Below, piece after piece: positions 55,878 to 64,000 of a stretch of 64,000 nt of DNA (position 1 is its first letter; the number at the start of each line of letters is the position of its first letter). The stretch is from an archaeon (GTDB lineage: Archaea; Nanobdellota; Nanobdellia; Pacearchaeales; GW2011-AR1). Location of the stretch: contig JBDRCQ010000015.1 of NCBI GenBank assembly GCA_043821585.1, positions 2,909 through 66,908 of the forward strand, written 5' to 3'. The notes under the pieces are model-generated. The model saw only the letters and a list, made by a program, of their open reading frames with translations. It made no database searches and had not been told where the DNA came from. A program made the translations under genes and the position numbers.

Positions 55878-58739
55878 TCAGTAAACATATTCCCTACAAA
55901 ACTCGCAGTTCTTCTCTATTGGGCAAGACTTGAATCCTTTTGCGTAGGCTTCTTTTATTTTATTTCCTGTTTCTATGAGTTCGGCTTCGACTTCGTGGAG
56001 GTTAAATGCAAGGCGATTTGATTGGGCGTTTATTACATCGCCGTTTTCTTTGATAGTGTATTCTAACAACTGAGGGCTCTGAAAGACGTCAAGCGTGAGT
56101 TTCTTTACTTTTCCAAGAGGCCTTGCAGCGAGTGCATAATATCCAAGCTGCCAGTTTCTTTTTTTACCTGAAGGGACTGTTTTGCCTGTTTTGTAATCGA
56201 TTATCTCTAAGCCATCTTGGAAGTGGTCGATGCGGTCCGCGACACCCATAAATTTCAGGCCAGAGATTTCTGTGAAAAGTTTCTTTTCGGTTAAAGAATC
56301 TGGGGAGTATTTATTTTTGTTTCTGTCGTAAAAAACTTTGATTAATGGCAGGGCTTCTTCCAGTTCGACTGATTCCCATTCTTCTTTATTTTTTAGGTCT
56401 TTTGCTAGGTTGATAAATGCCTCGAGTGTTGTGAATTTTGATTTGACTCCTTTTTCTAGAATTATGTGGATGAAGGAGCCCATTTTTATTGCGTCCCAGG
56501 AGGTTGTTATCTTCTCGGGCATGTTGTAGACGTATTTATATTCAAACTTTTTTTGGCAGTCTTCGAATAAGTTTAGTGCGGATGGGGAAAGGGTTCTTTC
56601 TGAAGAGACTTTGATTTCTCTTGGCAAGGTTGTTGAGATATTAGGTTCTATTGTTATTGCTTTTTCTTCTAGGTCTTGAGAGAATTCAATATCTGGATTT
56701 TCTTTATAATTTATTTCTTCAAAGAATCTAGAAGGGGCTGATTTTTTGCTCGCGTATTCTTGTGCGAAAGTTATTATTAATTCTGATTTTGATCTTGTGA
56801 AGGAAACGTAACATAATCTTCTTTCTTCGAAGAGCAAGTGTTTGCGTTCGTAATCTTCGAGGTCTATTGATTGGTCTTGGAAGAGCTCGTTCGGGAGGAG
56901 TTTGTTTTTCGTGATGCGTTCTAAAGGGAATCTTTTTTGAGCGAGGTTTGTCAAAATTATTGTTTCGAATTCGAGGCCCTTTGTCGAATGGGATGTCATG
57001 AGGCGGACACCTTTGTCTTCGATTCTTGCTGTTTCGAGCGTGATGTTAAGTGTGTTGAGGATTTCAAGATGATTTATGAAATCTGTTAACTTGCCTGCAT
57101 GAGTTTCAGCATACTTTTTTGCAAATTCTTGAAATTTGTTTATGTTTAGTAATGCTTCTTTGTCTACTTTCGTGAAGTCTTCTGAGGTGAAGCCGCAAAC
57201 GTTGCATGCTTTTGTGATTATCTCTTCTAGAGAGTTGCCGTTTTCAGGGATTAATGATTTTATTCTTGAGAAAATCGTTTTTAGTTTGATTTCTCCTAGT
57301 TCTGAGAGATTTAGATTTTGTAAGGTTGTGAAGATCTTGACGTTGTAGTTTTCTGAATCGCGGTTTTCCTTAAGAAACGTGGTTATTTTTATGAAGTCTT
57401 CTTTTAGAAATTCTTCTTCGTGAACTGAATCCCACCAGGAATTCCAACCTTTGTTGTTTTTGTCTATAAGATTTGAGACAATGGAGAGATATGAAACTAT
57501 CTTCTTTATGGAATTTTGTTTCAGTAGGGATTCTTGGCCAACTGAGTGGAAGGGGACTTGTGAATCGCTTAGGGCTTTTTTTATCATAGCAAGTTGCTGA
57601 TGGGTTCTTGCCATTACGCAGATTTCTTCTAGCGTTTCTTTGTTTGCTATTTTTTCCTTTATTATTTCTACAACCTTACGTGCTTCCTCTTTGCTGTTTT
57701 TTGTTTCTATTATTCTTATGTTTTTACCTTCTTTTTTGTGGGCGTTTTGAACTTCAAAGCAGTCTTCTTCTGAGGCATAGTTGTTTTTGATTAGTGTGTG
57801 GGCAATTCTTAGAATTTTATTTGGTGAACGGTAAGACTTTTCTAGGCTGAATATGTCTTGAGGGGCGACGTTAAATGTTTTTTTGAACCAGTCAATATTT
57901 GCTTCGTATGCTCCTCTGAAACGGTAGATAGATTGGTTCATGTCTCCGACTACGGTGATGTTCCTTTTTGGAGAGATTAACTTCAGGAGTTCTAATTGGA
58001 TTCTGTTTGTGTCTTGAAATTCGTCTACGATTATGTACTCAAACTTTCCTGAGATGCTAGGGTTTTTCTTAAGTAATTCAACTGCTTTGTTGTTTAGGTC
58101 CGAGTAATCTAGAGCGTTCTTTTGTTCTTTTATTTTTTCATAGGCTTCAAAGATTGAAATGAATCTTGACAGGTCTATTAGTTCCCTTATGCGGATTGCT
58201 TCGTCAGCTATCTTTTTCTTTTTTACTTTATCTTTTTCGATGAGTAGTTCTGTTTGGATTGTTTCAAGATCGTCTTTTAGGTTTTGAATTGGTTTGTTAT
58301 GGGTTTTTTCTTTTAGGTGATTTTGCAGTTTTTGAATTGTTACTCCGAGATCTTTTGCTTTTCCGATGGTGTCGATGTAGCGATGACAGTTCATTGGTGG
58401 GACTCTAAGGTTTGTGTGGAGAAGGATTTTGGAGTCGTCTGGGGTGAGGGTTTGAAAGTTTTGTTTTTCCTTGGGGAGATGCTCTTTCAGCAAATAGGCT
58501 GAGAATGAATGGAATGTTTTTACTGTCGGTTCTTGTTCTACGTCTGGGAGTGCGGCTCTAATGCGGGAGGCGAGGTTGTTTGCGGCTTCGTTTGAAAAGG
58601 TTATACAGGCGATTTTTTCTGGTTTGTAGATCTTGCCTTGGATTAGGTGTTTTACTTTTTCCACCATTAATCTGGTTTTGCCGGTGCCTGCTCCAGCTAG
58701 TACGATGCAAGGGCCTGTTGTTTTTTTGAGGACGTCCAT
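55878..58739 (-). CDS. UvrD/PcrA-family helicase fused to a C-terminal PD-(D/E)xK (RecB/Cas4-like) nuclease domain
   Basis: CIVLAGAGTGKTRLM (Walker A), DEFQDTN (Walker B/II), helicase motifs through ...TSHSTKGLEFE. The C-terminal reads DRIDHFQDGLEIIDYKTGK plus the Cys cluster CEFCREY. Confidence 0.8.
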   Translation of the reverse strand: MDVLKKTTGPCIVLAGAGTGKTRLMVEKVKHLIQGKIYKPEKIACITFSNEAANNLASRIRAALPDVEQEPTVKTFHSFSAYLLKEHLPKEKQNFQTLTPDDSKILLHTNLRVPPMNCHRYIDTIGKAKDLGVTIQKLQNHLKEKTHNKPIQNLKDDLETIQTELLIEKDKVKKKKIADEAIRIRELIDLSRFISIFEAYEKIKEQKNALDYSDLNNKAVELLKKNPSISGKFEYIIVDEFQDTNRIQLELLKLISPKRNITVVGDMNQSIYRFRGAYEANIDWFKKTFNVAPQDIFSLEKSYRSPNKILRIAHTLIKNNYASEEDCFEVQNAHKKEGKNIRIIETKNSKEEARKVVEIIKEKIANKETLEEICVMARTHQQLAMIKKALSDSQVPFHSVGQESLLKQNSIKKIVSYLSIVSNLIDKNNKGWNSWWDSVHEEEFLKEDFIKITTFLKENRDSENYNVKIFTTLQNLNLSELGEIKLKTIFSRIKSLIPENGNSLEEIITKACNVCGFTSEDFTKVDKEALLNINKFQEFAKKYAETHAGKLTDFINHLEILNTLNITLETARIEDKGVRLMTSHSTKGLEFETIILTNLAQKRFPLERITKNKLLPNELFQDQSIDLEDYERKHLLFEERRLCYVSFTRSKSELIITFAQEYASKKSAPSRFFEEINYKENPDIEFSQDLEEKAITIEPNISTTLPREIKVSSERTLSPSALNLFEDCQKKFEYKYVYNMPEKITTSWDAIKMGSFIHIILEKGVKSKFTTLEAFINLAKDLKNKEEWESVELEEALPLIKVFYDRNKNKYSPDSLTEKKLFTEISGLKFMGVADRIDHFQDGLEIIDYKTGKTVPSGKKRNWQLGYYALAARPLGKVKKLTLDVFQSPQLLEYTIKENGDVINAQSNRLAFNLHEVEAELIETGNKIKEAYAKGFKSCPIEKNCEFCREYVY

Positions 58740-58779
58740 TTAGATAATATTAAATACCTGATCTATCTCTTTTTAGTGT

Positions 58780-60775
<1,996 letters not shown>

Positions 60776-60858
60776 CTATAAAGGCGCGGGGGGTTTATAA
60801 TGATTTATGTGGTCTTATTCTTCTTAACGTTTAAATAACTTCTTCGCTGGGAAATTGT

Positions 60859-61881
60859 ATGAAAAGAGTTGTTGTTATCGGGGGCGGTTTTGCCGGAAGT
60901 TTGGTTGCTAAGAAGTTAGAGCGAGAGTTTGATTTAACCTTGATTGATACGAAAGATTATTTTGAGTTCACACCAGGGGTTTTGAGATTTTTAGTTGAGC
61001 CTGAGCGTGCGCAAAAAATTCAAGTTTTGCATTCTCAATATCTGAAAATGGCAAAAATTGTTGTTGGAGAAGTTAAGAAAGTCGATGAAAGGAAAGTCTA
61101 TGTGGAGAAGAAAGAACTGCTTTATGATTATCTTGTCATTTGTTCAGGGAGTCGGTATGAATTGCCTTTTAAGGAACAGGGTGTTGTTGTCGCCTCCAGA
61201 GGAAAGAGTTTGATTGACAGTTGTGATCGGCTGAAGAATGCGAAAAGGGTTGTGTTGGTTGGGGGAGGGTTAGTTGGTGTTGAACTGGCTGGCGAAATTG
61301 TTGGTATGTATGGGGGAAAAAAGAAAATTACAATTATTCATTCTGGCGAACAGTTAATTGAACGAAATGGTAAAAGGGCTGTTGTGTATGTTGAACGTTA
61401 TTTGAAAGGGAAGGGTGTTGAGGTCGTTTATGGTAAAAGGGTTCAAAATGTGAAAAATGGATTTTGTTTGACTGATAAAGGGACAAAATTTAAGGCAGAC
61501 ATGGTGTTTTTGTGTACTGGGATAACACCGAATTTTGAGTTTTTGCCTTGTGAGTGGCTTGATGGAAAAGGGGTCGGAGTGAATGAGTTCTTGCAGGTTC
61601 GTGGTAGGGAGGGTATTTTTGCGGCAGGAGATGTAACTTCTGTTGTTGAAGAAAAGACTGCACAGAACGCTGAGAAGCAAGCAGAAGTTGTTGTTCGGAA
61701 CATTTGCGCTTTAGATGCTGGTAATCATTTGGAGAGATATATAAATAAGAGAAGGCCGATTTTGATTTCATTGGGAGAGGGCCAGGGGGTTTTGGACTCT
61801 TCAGGGTTGGTTTTGACAGGCAGGATTCCTGCTGTAATGAAGTTGTTTGTGGAATGGAACGAGATGCGGAAGAAGAGATAG
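60859..61881 (+). CDS. FAD-dependent pyridine nucleotide-disulfide oxidoreductase (NDH-2-like)
   Basis: VVVIGGGFAGSLVAKKL (FAD GxGxxG), VLVGGGLVGVELAGEI (NAD), AAGDV. Confidence 0.75.
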   Translation: MKRVVVIGGGFAGSLVAKKLEREFDLTLIDTKDYFEFTPGVLRFLVEPERAQKIQVLHSQYLKMAKIVVGEVKKVDERKVYVEKKELLYDYLVICSGSRYELPFKEQGVVVASRGKSLIDSCDRLKNAKRVVLVGGGLVGVELAGEIVGMYGGKKKITIIHSGEQLIERNGKRAVVYVERYLKGKGVEVVYGKRVQNVKNGFCLTDKGTKFKADMVFLCTGITPNFEFLPCEWLDGKGVGVNEFLQVRGREGIFAAGDVTSVVEEKTAQNAEKQAEVVVRNICALDAGNHLERYINKRRPILISLGEGQGVLDSSGLVLTGRIPAVMKLFVEWNEMRKKR

Positions 61882-61943
61882 TGTTATTTCTTTAAAGTGG
61901 TAAGAAACAAAATGTTTAAATATCGGTTTTCTGAGAAGGGTTT

Positions 61944-63401
61944 ATGGCTAGAGATAGAAAACTTGAGGCAGTGGATTCCGCAGCCAGCAAGCTAATTGCA
62001 AAGGCAAGGGAAGTTGCGACTCCGTTAGATGGCCGTTTTGCAAGGCAGGTAGAAGATCTTGAAGGACAAATTGGCGGGGTTTATGCAGCCTATGCAGATA
62101 AATTGGCTCATCAGCAAGAACGTGGTGCAGCAGATATAGCCCATGGTATTGCGGCTAGCAGATGGTCTTATTTTTCAGATTATTTCCCGGAAGAACCTGG
62201 AGAGGTTAAGGCTTCTTTTGGCGGCGGAAATGACGGAGTCAGGATTACATTGAAGTATAGTGGTGTGCCAAACGGAAGTATTTGGTCACGCATTAGTAGA
62301 AATGGTGGGAAAAAAGTGACGCTTAATGCTGAAATGCAGTATTATGGTGAGACTAGAATGCTTGCTCCTTTAGAAATTGATATTCCAAGTGATGGTAAGA
62401 GGAGAGAAGGAGATGATTTTGAGATGAAGGTTGCTACTTATCTTCATGATGTTGCTATTAATGCTGTAACAGAGCTTGTTTCTAGGACGAAGGCAGAACC
62501 TAAGCAATTGCTTGATCGGGTGGGAGATTTTGCCTGGTTTGAGGCAGATCTTGTTTTGGGAGCTTCTAACATGCTTCGCACTACTGCTGTGGCCAGGGAG
62601 TTTCTTGTTTTACAAGGCAAGGATGCTTTGGGTGAGGCTATTAGGGCGGGGAATGCTACTTATGAGGAGGGTGCTGCAGCTGCAAGGGCTGAACTCGAGA
62701 AGGGAGTTTCAGAACTTAAGAGATGTGCTGCAACGTTGGAAAAAGATTTAAGTGTTAAGCTTGCTGCAGTTGATGGAGATCTTAACGCGCACCAGGCTGC
62801 AGTCGTGGCAGGTTTAGATGCGGCTAAGGCTGAAATTTTAGAGAGATTGGGAACTTATGAAACTGAAAGACGGCAGGGGTTGGATGTGGAGCTTTTGACT
62901 GCTGTCAGGGCAGAGCAAAGCAGGCTTGAAAAGGAGGTTGGTAGGCAGAAGAGCGAGCTGCAAACCTTGAATGCTGCGATTGCGGCTAGGCGGGGTGAGC
63001 CGAATGCAGTTGGAGTTTATCTTCTTGGGGAGATGGATAGGTTCTTTCCGGATTATAACCCTGAAAGGACAGAGTATGATGTAACTCCTGAGAAGAGAGC
63101 TGAACAAGTAGGAGTTCTTTCTAAGGCTCTTGGGGATAATAGCGCTTTGCTTAATGAGAAAGATGCTGTTCAAGTTTTGGCAGTGTTGACTAGGAACGTT
63201 CAGGGCTCTGGGCATGCTGGAATGCATAATGCTATTGATATGAGGTCTTTAGTTGATGAAGTAAAATGGGTAGCTTCAAGGCTAGGTCATGAGCATGTAG
63301 GAGATGTCGTTGATAGGATTAATTCTACCGGAAAGAATGGTCGAAGAAAGATCGCTTTCGGTGAAATGCAAAAGGTTGTTAGGGCAGTGGTTGGCAAGTA
63401 A
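61944..63401 (+). CDS. hypothetical protein (485 aa; Ala/Glu/Arg-rich, partly coiled coil), ORFan
   Basis: ORF. GC-richer than neighbours. Confidence 0.5.
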   Translation: MARDRKLEAVDSAASKLIAKAREVATPLDGRFARQVEDLEGQIGGVYAAYADKLAHQQERGAADIAHGIAASRWSYFSDYFPEEPGEVKASFGGGNDGVRITLKYSGVPNGSIWSRISRNGGKKVTLNAEMQYYGETRMLAPLEIDIPSDGKRREGDDFEMKVATYLHDVAINAVTELVSRTKAEPKQLLDRVGDFAWFEADLVLGASNMLRTTAVAREFLVLQGKDALGEAIRAGNATYEEGAAAARAELEKGVSELKRCAATLEKDLSVKLAAVDGDLNAHQAAVVAGLDAAKAEILERLGTYETERRQGLDVELLTAVRAEQSRLEKEVGRQKSELQTLNAAIAARRGEPNAVGVYLLGEMDRFFPDYNPERTEYDVTPEKRAEQVGVLSKALGDNSALLNEKDAVQVLAVLTRNVQGSGHAGMHNAIDMRSLVDEVKWVASRLGHEHVGDVVDRINSTGKNGRRKIAFGEMQKVVRAVVGK

Positions 63402-63403
63402 TT

Positions 63404-63829
63404 TTAATCTAAGCACCTTAGCTTTTCAGCGAACAGTTCTTCTAACTCTCCTTGGCCCATACTATTTCTTTCTGGAACCTCTAAGCAAACAATTTCTCCG
63501 GCGTAGCCTGTTGCGTGACGTATTTGTGCCTCCATTCTATGTTCCATTGTAAAAATCTGGTCTGCCCCGAGGATCGTTGTATGTATGGTTCCTACTCGAT
63601 CTACATATCTCTGAAAATTTATATCTAGTTCCATTTGATAGGGGCGGCCGTGCGTTCCGGCCATGTGGGCTGCTTCCATTTTTTCAATATCTAGGAGGCT
63701 CACGAGGCCGTGAATCCCAAGGTGGCCGATTTTTGGGTGTTTCCCTTGAAGGGCATACTTATGTTTTAGAGCATGGGCTGCGGCAGTGCTTCTATGAGTA
63801 CCATGTGTATCAACAAATAAGTAGAACAT
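63404..63829 (-). CDS. hypothetical His-rich protein (possible metal-dependent hydrolase)
   Basis: FVDTHGTHR..HALKHK..GHLGIHG suggests metal ligands. Unassigned. Confidence 0.4.
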   Translation of the reverse strand: MFYLFVDTHGTHRSTAAAHALKHKYALQGKHPKIGHLGIHGLVSLLDIEKMEAAHMAGTHGRPYQMELDINFQRYVDRVGTIHTTILGADQIFTMEHRMEAQIRHATGYAGEIVCLEVPERNSMGQGELEELFAEKLRCLD

Positions 63830-64000
63830 TGGATTAATTTTTGGAGGGGAGGGTTTTTAAGGCTATTGGATTAGTTTTTTGTCGTGTATATGCCAAGAAT
63901 AAATTTTATAAGTGTTAACTTTTTTTAAGAATTATGCTAGGGACATATGAACAAGGGATTATGCTGCTTAGGGATAGAATTATTGCTGAGCGTTATGTTA

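Overview
The gene content is archaeal, and the genome is low-GC and gene-dense. Archaeal markers are aIF5B, archaeal-type PheRS alpha/beta, GluRS, uS10, Rpp30 and Lrp/AsnC. Small proteins, tight gene overlaps and many ORFans are consistent with a small-genome (DPANN-like) archaeon; that placement is inference. Promoters of the form TTTATTAA sit about 29 nt upstream of start codons, consistent with leaderless mRNAs.

Housekeeping genes recognised from motifs:
- aIF5B (partial, 1-793 minus strand)
- tRNA-dihydrouridine synthase and CysRS
- MscS channel
- uS10
- oligoendopeptidase F (M3)
- PurA and GluRS
- pheS-HIT-pheT operon
- pyrH plus a minimal Rpp30
- GdhA and PyrG
- UvrD-type helicase fused to a RecB-like nuclease
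- Ogg
- a SET-domain methyltransferase
- GNAT acetyltransferases, a class I methyltransferase and a phosphoribosyltransferase

Accessory and unusual content:
1. An overlapping four-gene cassette (8445-12123) looks like a nucleoside-monophosphate modification module. It encodes a large protein with a divergent ThyX-like C-terminal domain, a ParB/Srx-like protein, a second Tmk-like P-loop kinase and a HAD phosphatase. It lies next to a frameshifted canonical tmk.
2. A tRNA-like gene (7366-7648) is flanked by duplicated 5' and 3' tRNA fragments.
3. An AAA+ (DUF4143) ATPase gene is inserted between two ~115-bp direct repeats. These repeats duplicate the promoter and first codons of a 514-aa ORFan, whose 3' end is also duplicated around a ~170-bp insert.
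4. A MITE-like repeat family carries GGCTCTGTTGAAAA terminal inverted repeats (three copies plus a solo end).
5. Two NYN-domain paralogs each have a conserved structured leader.
6. There are three type IV pilin-like genes, a RelE/antitoxin pair and an MNT-HEPN fusion.
7. A secreted protein with Cys-rich repeats sits next to a membrane thioredoxin-like protein.
8. Several ORFan operons have no recognisable domains: 20679-22638, 29747-32735, 38588-42195 and 61944-63401.

No rRNA genes or CRISPR arrays were seen.
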